A stretch of DNA of 59,540 nt, from IMG/VR virus record IMGVR_UViG_3300045988_178894, positions 1 through 59,540 of that record; one strand, written 5' to 3'. This stretch comes from a virus. Position 1 is the stretch's first letter. Each line of letters starts with the position of its first letter. Made by a program: the position numbers and the translations under genes. The notes beneath the pieces were generated by a model that ran no database searches, was not told the DNA's origin, and saw only the letters and a program-made list of their open reading frames with translations. Below, piece after piece: positions 26,179 through 34,415 of the stretch.

Positions 26179-26486
26179 TTTCGGGTTCCTTTCGGATGGG
26201 TGGGGATGATGGTCCCGCGATTGGGCGGGATCGCGCCCGGTCCTCTTTTGACAGAGTCCTCTCGTCACCATGCGGGTGACCGGGGCGTTTCTGAGACGCC
26301 CGCTTGGCGTTACCGGGCCGTATACTTCGTCTTATGTCCGTTATTTGTACACCTAAAAATCATTTCGGTTCGTCCCGGCCGACGACGCACTGCCCCGCTC
26401 CCGGAGGAATGGGGCGACGCATCGTCGGCGCTATGGGGCGTCCTAGTGACCTTATGGCACGGACTGCAACTGGCCTACCGGCCGCT

Positions 26487-26521
26487 CGCGGTAATTTTTA
26501 ACCGTCTATTGCATTACCGCG
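26487..26521. promoter_or_regulatory. 9-bp inverted repeat (candidate operator)
   Basis: cgcggtaat-N17-attaccgcg. On the minus strand it spans a weak candidate promoter TTGAGA-N18-TGCAAT. Confidence 0.3.
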
Positions 26522-26927
26522 AATATGTAGTTCTCAATCTTCCCGGGGTAAGGATGAGATAGTCGGTGGGGTTCCGCTTCTCTCTTCCTCCCTGTGATGA
26601 CTCTAGTCTAGCGCGCTCGCTGGGGAAAGTCTAGTCTTAAATCTGTGTTCTACGTCTCTTTTGAGTTTGTGGTTCAAACTCGGGAGATCGGGCCCGCCGT
26701 ACGGCGGGAATCGACAGAAACCTTGGCTTCCTCTCTCTCCTACGCGGGGGACTATCCCGGCCGCGCCGTCGCCCTAGGGCGACGGGGAGGCGCACTATCC
26801 AATTTTCATCACGCGCGCTCACCGGGTAGGGGAGCACAGTGCCCCGGCGTCGGCTTGCACGACGCCCGTCTCTATGGTCCGGGGCGCCCCGTGAGGGGCG
26901 AAGTATGTGGGGGTAGGGCAAGCGGAG

Positions 26928-27269
26928 TTAGGCGGCCGGCGCCGGATGCCGGCTGGCCGCGTAGGCGCGGGGGTAGCCGGCCGCGGTCGACAGAGCGTCT
27001 GCGAGGCGTCCCCTCCAATCGCCCTCGGTGGGATAGCCGGCCGGGGCGTGGGGCAGGCCGGCGACGGTGTAGGCGATGTCCGCCGGCCCCAGAGGGGCGA
27101 GCAGGCCGTCGGCGACCGATCGGTGGATCGGGTATCCCCGCATGAGGTCACGGGCGAGCTCATCCGCGCATCGGCGGATGAGTCCCTGAGCCGGGACGCG
27201 CTGGCGATAGCAGCTAGCGGGATACCCCCACATGGCGGGGACCTGGGTTGGGGCCTTGGCGGGGTTCAT
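26928..27269 (-). CDS. hypothetical protein (only confident ORF in the control region)
   Basis: 113 aa, GC3-rich. ATG preceded by the same leader CCAACCGAAAGGAACCGAA used by genes at 24606 and 26178. Confidence 0.6.
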   Translation of the reverse strand: MNPAKAPTQVPAMWGYPASCYRQRVPAQGLIRRCADELARDLMRGYPIHRSVADGLLAPLGPADIAYTVAGLPHAPAGYPTEGDWRGRLADALSTAAGYPRAYAASRHPAPAA

Positions 27270-27314
27270 TTCGGTTCCTTTCGGTTGGTTGGTCGTTTCC
27301 TTCTGACGGGTATA

Positions 27315-27343
27315 AAGGTACTCGCCCCGTGAGGGCTAGTCAA
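27315..27343 (-). promoter_or_regulatory. candidate leftward promoter TTGACT-N17-TACCTT
   Basis: Minus strand: -35 at 27343..27338 and -10 at 27320..27315, about 45 nt upstream of ATG 27269. Confidence 0.4.
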
Positions 27344-27491
27344 GCCGATGAGGGAGGAAAGTAGTGTGTTCTCCGTCATATTTTGGGTTGGTGGTTTGTA
27401 CCGGTACGAACTCCGCTCACTGCGCGGGCACGGCATAGCCGGCGATCCTCTCTCTCATGGGCGCCGGGGCGCAGCGCAGCGGAGACGAGCG

Positions 27492-27633
27492 AAGCGAGGC
27501 AGCCAAGCGCATGTCGGGCTCTCTCTCTCTCTTCCCGCGGGGATGATCCTCGCATGTTTCACGTGGAACATGCGAGTAGGGAAGCGGGGCGGGTGCGGAT
27601 GGGGGAGTCGACATGCGCTTGGCTGCCTCGCTT
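27492..27633. repeat. nested long palindrome
   Basis: Outer arms 27492..27516 and 27609..27633 are perfect 25-bp complements. Inner hairpin ctcgcatgtt (27549..27558) / aacatgcgag (27567..27576) surrounds a tcacgtgg loop. Confidence 0.85.
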
Positions 27634-28121
27634 GCGTGCTCCTGCGTCGCACGCGCGCTCGTCTCGCCAGCGCAGGACGGGGTATGACGTAGGACACATA
27701 GAAGCGATGATGCATAGGTTGGACGGGGAGGCAAGGGACCTTGGTCCCGAAGATGATTAGGGGAGTGGGTGGGGGTAGGGCGAAAGTTTCGGGTAGCCGA
27801 AGAATGGTACGTGTGGCGTGGTATGGGTGGCGGGGTATTACGTCAGGCGTATCATCCTCGGGGAGGAGGAGTGTGATGAAGGACACGGAGGAATGGTGGT
27901 TGACAGAAGCGGGGGAGTATGCTATGGAAAATGTGATGAAGGTCATACGGGGAAGGTATTGCACATAACACTGTTATGTGCATGTGTGAGTAGCAATCTC
28001 GCGTGAGGGTGGGTTGGGAGTATGGAAATCTGGTCCCAAAAATAGTGAACAACGGGGAAATGTGACTCGGATCATATGCATAAAGATACGGTTGAGTGCA
28101 TAATGGACTTTCTTCGTAATA

Positions 28122-28196
28122 GATGATGATGATGATGATGATGATGAATGATGATGAATGATAGATGATGATGAATGATAGATGATAGACGATGAC
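28122..28196. repeat. GAT microsatellite and degenerate derivatives
   Basis: (gat)8 followed by gaatgatgat / gaatgata / gatgatgat / gaatgata / gatgata / gacgatgac. Confidence 0.9.
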
Positions 28197-28227
28197 TATA
28201 TATGGTAAATGACAGTCTTTAATTCTG

Positions 28228-28325
28228 CGTTTACTATATTCGATTCTTACTTGGATGTGACGTGGGTTACGTTCACTATATTCGATTTTGTGACACGGGT
28301 TACTTTCACTATTTTCGTTTGTGGC
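28228..28325. repeat. three iteron-like direct repeats in the AT-rich core (candidate origin)
   Basis: ttactatattcgatt (28231), tcactatattcgatt (28273), tcactattttcgttt (28306). Interleaved tgtgacgtgggttac (28256) and tgtgacacgggttac (28290). Confidence 0.6.
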
Positions 28326-29691
28326 CTGGCTCACGTTTATCTATGTTTGGCAGTCTTTTACGCATACGTCGACCACGGATTGGTACTCACTAGACGAGCG
28401 TATATCTATGTCAGCTGCGTGGTTTGTATCAGTACAAAGCCGAATCGTCGCTGTACGGGGCCTAGAACGGCCGATACCCCTACCCCTAGGCGACTACACC
28501 GGGCCGTGCGTGATAGGCCGCCAGCGTGGCTTACAGCGAGCCCCGGGGGTACATGCGCCCATATGGGTAGGCGCACGCATACGTGCACGCGCGCGTGATA
28601 GCACACATGGGGAGATTTGGCTAGGGTGAGTTTGTGTGCGGTGAGTCATGTGTCTTGACACAGCGTGTGTGAGCAAGGCAACAAATTAGTGGGAGTGCCC
28701 CATCGTTTCGATTTGGGGTAGGAGCTGCATTCCGCCCACGGGGACCTTTCGTTGGCACCGTAGGGAAAGGTGCCGATAAGTACCGTTATGACATTTTACT
28801 TAGCAGACCGTCTACATACCGGGGGATTTTTGAGGGGAGCATTCTAGTGCGAGCGTGGGGGAAAATCAATGTGACGTGCGTCGCAGGCCGGCGAAGGCGA
28901 AATCGGATGCTCTCGACAACGGGGTGTGGCACGCGGGTGTGAGGTCGCTCATCTTTCCCCGCACCCTGCGCCTCTTAACCCCCGACTTCCCTACTCGCCT
29001 AGCAGAGTACCCCTCGCTTTGTCAAAACCGTCGCCCCTCACCTGAAGAGTGTTTCCAAATGATTATGCACGATTTTATCCATGGCTGCATAAACGTGTTC
29101 TGGGTCACTGAGTACTAAAAACGCCCCATCCTCCCCACACCTCCCATCCGTCACATAGGCCCTTAGTCCCCCCACCCCGACCTCCCCCACTCCTCCCAAC
29201 GAAAAGTCCCACTTAGCCGACCCTAAGAAATCTCCGCATATTTCCTATGCATACCGCTGCATAAAGGCCGTATATTATGCATTGTCCACCATTTGGGACT
29301 CAAAACGTTTCAACGTTAGTTGGGCCACATTTTCGTATGCATCCCTCCCTCCCTCTTCCAACCTCCAAACCTGTTACCCGTGTGACCAGACAACACCAAA
29401 CATCACCAACCACCCCCGAGAATTATGGTTTTCCGAAGACAGATGTCACAGTGACCAGTGTGACGATCCCCTTCCGTTTTCTCCTCCCCTCAGGAGGGAA
29501 GAGGGGGTGTCGATACCCCGAAGGGGACCTGGGCGCCCATAGTTTCTTTATTTACTGCGCAAACCCCTTCCTCCTCTTCCCCCTCTTCTCCCTCAAGAAC
29601 CCCGCCAGTCACAGCCCGGCCCTCAGCCCTTCCGCGCCCCGCCGCCAACGCCAGGGGGTGTCGAGCAACCGGGGCAGTGTCGACAAGCCCC

Positions 29692-29719
29692 TTGACAGCC
29701 CGCCAACCCCGGTTATAAT
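29692..29719 (+). promoter_or_regulatory. consensus sigma70-type rightward promoter
   Basis: TTGACA (29692..29697), 16-nt spacer, TATAAT (29714..29719). About 90 nt upstream of the first rightward gene. Confidence 0.7.
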
Positions 29720-29811
29720 CGCGCGCCCGCACACGCACGCCCGCGCGCGGTGATAAGAAGGAAGCGGGGACGGGAGGAGGGGGTGTCGCGTCCCCGTGCT
29801 ACTCTCCAGTC

Positions 29812-30354
29812 ATGCGGATCACCATCAAGCCGCCGAACCCGGCCCCGTCGCCACCCCTGCCCGCGGGCGCCCTGCTCACCCTCCGTGTCGAAGCCGCCGA
29901 CCCGGCCCCGCGAATCGACGGCCCGGTGTCGATCGCCTACGAGGGCCGCTACGCCCCCGCCAACAACCCCCCGGCCTTCCTCTTCCCCGCCCCCGGCCCG
30001 CAGGGCGTGTCGATGCGCACCAGCGCCCACAGCCCCTTCCGGCTGCCCCCTGAGAGCCGCACCGACCCGTACGTCGACATCCCCGCCCACGAGGGCGACA
30101 CGATCACGGCCGTCCTCACCACACCACCCCCCGACGGCAAGACCTACAGCGCGGCCCTCAGGGCCCCGGCGGGCCCCAACCAGACCCCCGTCGAGCTGAC
30201 CCTCGTCGAGGGCGGTGCGGCGACGCCCCCCGGTCCCCCGCCAACGCCCCAGCCCGCACCGGGGCTGACCATCACACCCGACGACCCCGACGACCCCGAC
30301 GTCCTCACCCTCGACCCCGCCCCCGGCAACGACAGCATCGTCGTCGTCAACTGA
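29812..30354 (+). CDS. Pro-rich hypothetical protein
   Basis: 180 aa with strong GC3 bias. No obvious SD next to ATG 29812. Confidence 0.6.
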   Translation: MRITIKPPNPAPSPPLPAGALLTLRVEAADPAPRIDGPVSIAYEGRYAPANNPPAFLFPAPGPQGVSMRTSAHSPFRLPPESRTDPYVDIPAHEGDTITAVLTTPPPDGKTYSAALRAPAGPNQTPVELTLVEGGAATPPGPPPTPQPAPGLTITPDDPDDPDVLTLDPAPGNDSIVVVN

Positions 30355-30368
30355 AGGAGCCCCCGACC

Positions 30369-32330
30369 ATGACGACCTACGACGTGTACTCGAAGAGGGG
30401 CGCCGACAACCGCTTCGCGCCCAAGGCCGATGTCGGGGCGCTCACCAGCGCGCAGATCGCTCAGGGGGCCGAGATAGGGACCCTGAAGGAGCAGGTGCGG
30501 GCCCAGCTGGTGCTGGCGAACATGCTGCCCCGGCTCGGCGGGCCGAACACCCCCTCGACCGTGGTCGTCGGGTTCATCGGGGACTCGTGGTGCACCGCCG
30601 GGGCCGGAGGCCAGGGGGGCGCCCCCGAGGAGGCGACCATGCCCCAGATCGCCGCCAAGCGGCTCGGTGTCGCGGCCGCCGTCAGCGGGCAGGGCTCCAC
30701 GGGGTGGGCCCGGACCCCCTCCCCGCAGGGCGACACCGGGTTCTTCAGCGCCCCCGCCCGTGTCGACGCCGTCCTCGACGCCCACCCCTCCTTATTGGTC
30801 GTCGTCGGCTCCGTGAACGACAACTGGGCGATCGACCAGCCCCCCGTCCCCTCCGACCCCGCCTCCGGCCCGGCCGCCATCAAGGCCTCGGTGCAGGCTC
30901 TCGTCACTCGCGTCAGAGACCGGGCCCCCGCCCTGCCGATCATCGTCGTCGGGCCCCAGCCCACCTCTGAGTACCGCACCTACGCGGGCTCCAGCCACAA
31001 GAACGCCAAGGCCGTCCTCGACGGTGTCACGGCCGCCGGGGGCGCGCCCAACGGCGTCTGGTTCAGCGACTGGCTCGGCGTCGCGGTCAGCCCGGCCACC
31101 AGGTGGGACCCGGCCTCATCGCCCAACCGGCACTGGGGGCGGGGCGAGGTCATCTGCTACGAGGGCGTCAACTACGAGGTGACGGAGGCGTCCTGGGTCC
31201 CGAGCGGGAACCCCGACGCCGCCGACCCCTACCTGGCGTCGTTCCTGCCGTCGCCTCCGGTGTCGAGGAGGACGGCCGTGCTGTCGGGGCGGGGGGCCGT
31301 CGGCAAGACCCCCGCCAGCGGGACCCGGGCGCTGTGGCTCATGGGCGACGAGACGCACGTGAACGTGGCCGGGGCGCAGGCGTTCGGCGTCGAGCTGGCG
31401 GACAGGATCATCGGGGGCGTTCAGGCGCTGCGCGAGTGGATCATCGCCAAGGGCCCCGTCGTCGTCCGCCCGGCGCCCGCCCCGAGCCCGAACCCCCAGC
31501 CCGCCCGGCCCACGGGGGCGGCGGCCGACGTGCGCGACGCGCGCTGGGGCGTGAAGTGGGGGGCGCTGTCGGCGACGGCGTTGCAGGGGGCCCTGGCGCA
31601 GCTGCCGGAGGGCGCGGCCGTGAGGGGGTCGGCGGCTCTGCCGGTGCGCATGAGCAAGGACGAGGGCGCGGACAGGTTCGTGACGTCCACGGTGTCGTCC
31701 ATCACCCCGAAGGGCGGCGGTGCGGCCGTGCGCATCAACCAGTCCACGGTTCCGCAGCTCAAGGCCGTCGAGGACGTCAACGGGGTCGTGGCGACACTGG
31801 GGGAGGCGCTCGACATCCTGGACGCCGCCCCGGCGCGCACGCCGATCATCGTGGAGTGCATGGACACGTCGAACGACATCATCGCGGACTACTGGGTGTA
31901 CGACCGCAAGATGATGGAGTTCCTGCTGGCCCGCTACGGGGCGGCGGCCTCCAAGCGGGTCGTCGTCGCCACCAACGGGACGCTGAACGCGGCCAGACAG
32001 AAGGCGAAGGCGGATGCGGCGCTGAGGGTGCTGCCCCGCCTGGCGTACAAGCCGTCGGGGCCGTGGACCGCCGAGGACATCAACGCCCTGAAGGCCGTGG
32101 ACATGATCGCCTGCCGGTCCAACGACACCTCCAAGCCGGAGGTGCTGGCGGCCATCAAGAACCACCCGGAGGGGCCGGGGCTGTGGTGGGCGGGCATGAC
32201 GACGGCGGCGCACGTCGATGCCGCCAGGGCGGCGTCGAAGGCGGCGGGGCTGGCGATCGAGGGCTGGATCATGGAGGCGAAGGAGGCCGCTCCGGGGGCC
32301 CTGTCGACGGCGCTGCCCGTCAGGCCGTAA
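30369..32330 (+). CDS. SGNH/GDSL-type hydrolase with tail-fibre-like N-terminus
   Basis: AAGGAG SD. GDS block VVVGFIGDSW and downstream VVVGSVND. N-terminus MTTYDVYSKRGADNRFA matches 34416..36032. Confidence 0.65.
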   Translation: MTTYDVYSKRGADNRFAPKADVGALTSAQIAQGAEIGTLKEQVRAQLVLANMLPRLGGPNTPSTVVVGFIGDSWCTAGAGGQGGAPEEATMPQIAAKRLGVAAAVSGQGSTGWARTPSPQGDTGFFSAPARVDAVLDAHPSLLVVVGSVNDNWAIDQPPVPSDPASGPAAIKASVQALVTRVRDRAPALPIIVVGPQPTSEYRTYAGSSHKNAKAVLDGVTAAGGAPNGVWFSDWLGVAVSPATRWDPASSPNRHWGRGEVICYEGVNYEVTEASWVPSGNPDAADPYLASFLPSPPVSRRTAVLSGRGAVGKTPASGTRALWLMGDETHVNVAGAQAFGVELADRIIGGVQALREWIIAKGPVVVRPAPAPSPNPQPARPTGAAADVRDARWGVKWGALSATALQGALAQLPEGAAVRGSAALPVRMSKDEGADRFVTSTVSSITPKGGGAAVRINQSTVPQLKAVEDVNGVVATLGEALDILDAAPARTPIIVECMDTSNDIIADYWVYDRKMMEFLLARYGAAASKRVVVATNGTLNAARQKAKADAALRVLPRLAYKPSGPWTAEDINALKAVDMIACRSNDTSKPEVLAAIKNHPEGPGLWWAGMTTAAHVDAARAASKAAGLAIEGWIMEAKEAAPGALSTALPVRP

Positions 32331-32364
32331 TTACATGAGGACGAGGAAAGAAGGAGGAGCCGAC

Positions 32365-34107
32365 ATGAGTGTTGTTGGTGACGAGGCCGCTGCGAGGATG
32401 GCGTACTGGTGCGCCACCGATGAGAAGGGGGGTGTCGGGTACGACCAGGACACCAGGGAGGAGATCCGGGACTTCTCCTACATCGGCACCCCGCGGCTGA
32501 CCGGGGCCGTGGACTCGGACTGTTCGGCCATGGTCGCTGCCGCGTGCAACCTGGGGCTGCGGGCGGCCGGTGTCGTGCCCGCGGACGCGGCGGACACGGA
32601 TTCGCGTCTGCTGCCCGCGTCCACGTGGACGGGGTCGATGAGGGCCGAGCTGGAGGCGCGGGGTTGGAGCGAGGTCCACTGGGATGACGCCGCCATGACG
32701 CCCGACGGCGGTTTCAGGCGGGGCGACGTGGTCCTGTCGTCCGGGGCCGAGGGGGGTGTTGGGCATGTGGCCATGGTCGTGGACGACAACCCCTCTGATC
32801 CGGTCCTGGCCGAGGCGTGGATCGACGAGCGCGGGGAGATCACCGGCGGGGCTGTCGGCGACCAGACCGGTTCGGAGACCAGGCTCGTATCCTACTCGGC
32901 GCATATCTATACGCAGCGCGGTGCGTGGACGTCCTGCCACCGGTACGCGGGCGCGGAAGCAACCCCCGCCCCGCCCGCCTCCTCTTCGTCCGCCCCCGCC
33001 CCTTCCAACGGCGGCAAGGCCGGGCCGCTGCTCGGTATCGACATCTCCAAGTGGCAGGCGGGCATCGACCTGACGGCCGTCAACCCCGACTTCGTCATCG
33101 TCAAGGTGACGCAGGACGCCGGGGCCTACGCCACCACCAACCCGAGCCACGTCGAGCAGATCGAGGCGGCCCTGGCCCTGGGGCGGCCCACCGGTGTGTA
33201 CCACTACGTCGGGGGTGGGGACAACGGCAACGCCGACGACGCCCTTGCGGAGGCGAACAGGTTCCTGGACGCCGTCAGGGCGACCGGTCACCAGGACGAC
33301 GTCTTCTACGCCATCGACTGGGAGTCGATCGAGAACTCGGCCTGGGGGAACCCGGCGTACCTGTCGATCATCGTCGGCAAGGTGCAGTCGGCCACGGGCA
33401 AGCCCGTCCTCCTGTACGCCTCCTCGGGGAGCTACCCGTGGCAGGTCGCCCAGGACTACGGGTGCGTGCCGTGGGTGGCGCAGTACGCCGACGAGGAGCC
33501 CACGGGGTGGGATGCCAACCCGTGGTCGGACGGCTCCTGGGGCACCGAGGGGCGCATGCACCAGTACACGGGCACGGGGCGGGTGCCCGGCTACGGGGGC
33601 GACCTGGACCTGGACGTGTGGCACGCCTCCGAGGGGGCCCTGCGGGCCCTGGCCCCCTCCGGCGGCCCTGTTGCGGCCCGTTCCGCCGCACCGGCCCCCG
33701 AGCCCCGCGAGACGGCCCTCGACGGCCAGGAGCTGCTGGAGGTCGACGGCGAGTGGGGCTCACGGACCGTCGCCCGCTTCCAGCAGGTCATGGGCACCCC
33801 CATCGACGGCGTCCTCGACGACGACGGGTCCGCCTGTATCGAGGCGTTCCAGCGGTTCCTCAACGGGGCCGTCGGCTCCGCCCACCTGACCAACCTCATC
33901 GGCGCCCCCGCCCTTGAGGTCGACGGCATCGACGGCGAGCGCACCTGGAAGGCGTTCCAGTTCCTCGTGTGGGCCTGGCACCGGGAGTACGTGCCCGACG
34001 GCTGGGACTTCGGCGACTGGGTCGACGGCGTCGACGGTCCGGCCACCGTCAAGGCCCTCCAGCGGGCGCTGAACGTGTCGACGGCGGGCACCGGTAGACT
34101 GTGGTAG
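32365..34107 (+). CDS. endolysin (Cys peptidase + GH25 muramidase + peptidoglycan-binding repeats)
   Basis: Start ATG 32365 after GAAAGAAGGAGGAG. DCSAMV...GHVAMV (papain-like), GIDISKWQAGIDL...YHYV (GH25), LEVDGEWGSRTVARFQQ and LEVDGIDGERTWKAFQ (PG_binding_1-like). Confidence 0.85.
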   Translation: MSVVGDEAAARMAYWCATDEKGGVGYDQDTREEIRDFSYIGTPRLTGAVDSDCSAMVAAACNLGLRAAGVVPADAADTDSRLLPASTWTGSMRAELEARGWSEVHWDDAAMTPDGGFRRGDVVLSSGAEGGVGHVAMVVDDNPSDPVLAEAWIDERGEITGGAVGDQTGSETRLVSYSAHIYTQRGAWTSCHRYAGAEATPAPPASSSSAPAPSNGGKAGPLLGIDISKWQAGIDLTAVNPDFVIVKVTQDAGAYATTNPSHVEQIEAALALGRPTGVYHYVGGGDNGNADDALAEANRFLDAVRATGHQDDVFYAIDWESIENSAWGNPAYLSIIVGKVQSATGKPVLLYASSGSYPWQVAQDYGCVPWVAQYADEEPTGWDANPWSDGSWGTEGRMHQYTGTGRVPGYGGDLDLDVWHASEGALRALAPSGGPVAARSAAPAPEPRETALDGQELLEVDGEWGSRTVARFQQVMGTPIDGVLDDDGSACIEAFQRFLNGAVGSAHLTNLIGAPALEVDGIDGERTWKAFQFLVWAWHREYVPDGWDFGDWVDGVDGPATVKALQRALNVSTAGTGRLW

Positions 34108-34139
34108 TCCCCGTCCAACCATCCACCCAGGAGGAACCA

Positions 34140-34349
34140 GTGGCCAACCACAAGGCCATCACCATCACCGCCCCCCAGCGCAAGGCCGTCTACGCCCTCG
34201 TGGCGGCCGCCCTCGTCGTCGGGGCCGCCTTCGGATTCTGGACCGCCGACGACGCCCGGCAGTGGGCCGAGGCCGCCGCCCAGGCCGCCGGGGCCCTCGC
34301 CAACATCCTGGCCCTGGCGCACGTCTACGACCCCGGCTCCGAGGGCTGA
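34140..34349 (+). CDS. small membrane protein (holin candidate)
   Basis: GTG 34140 after CAGGAGGAACCA. One TM segment AVYALVAAALVVGAAFGFW. Immediately follows the endolysin. Confidence 0.5.
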   Translation: MANHKAITITAPQRKAVYALVAAALVVGAAFGFWTADDARQWAEAAAQAAGALANILALAHVYDPGSEG

Positions 34350-34355
34350 CACGAG

Positions 34356-34387
34356 GACGCCGGGGGTGAATAAAAGCCCCCGGCGTC
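34356..34387 (+). terminator. stem-loop
   Basis: gacgccggggg / cccccggcgtc is a perfect 11-bp stem with a 10-nt loop. Confidence 0.6.
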
Positions 34388-34415
34388 TGCATGAATATAC
34401 GAACGGAGAGGGACC

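Noticed and set aside
26637-26921. 94-aa minus-strand ORF downstream of 26928..27269, and an SD-like GGAGAGAGAGGAAGCC at about 26735.
   Set aside because: The product is Arg-rich and low in complexity. No start codon follows the SD-like run in any frame. The region is dominated by hairpins.
28122-28325. CRISPR array.
   Set aside because: The repeats are a trinucleotide microsatellite plus three imperfect 33-42 bp direct repeats with no unique spacers of regular length. There are no cas genes.
27852-28334. 160-aa minus-strand ORF with a poly-Ile run.
   Set aside because: The poly-Ile run is the translation of the GAT microsatellite and the iterons. There is no SD, and composition is unlike any other gene here.
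29277-29753. 158-aa plus-strand ORF, and 28855..29118 (87 aa).
   Set aside because: There is no SD, the composition is pyrimidine-tract-derived (Pro/Ser/Thr/Leu), and the first runs through the consensus promoter at 29692.
29750-30354. Alternative frames (29750..30199 and 29796..30053) for the first rightward gene.
   Set aside because: Both give Arg/Pro/Ser-rich off-frame-type products. The frame starting at ATG 29812 has the consistent GC3 bias, although it lacks a nearby SD.
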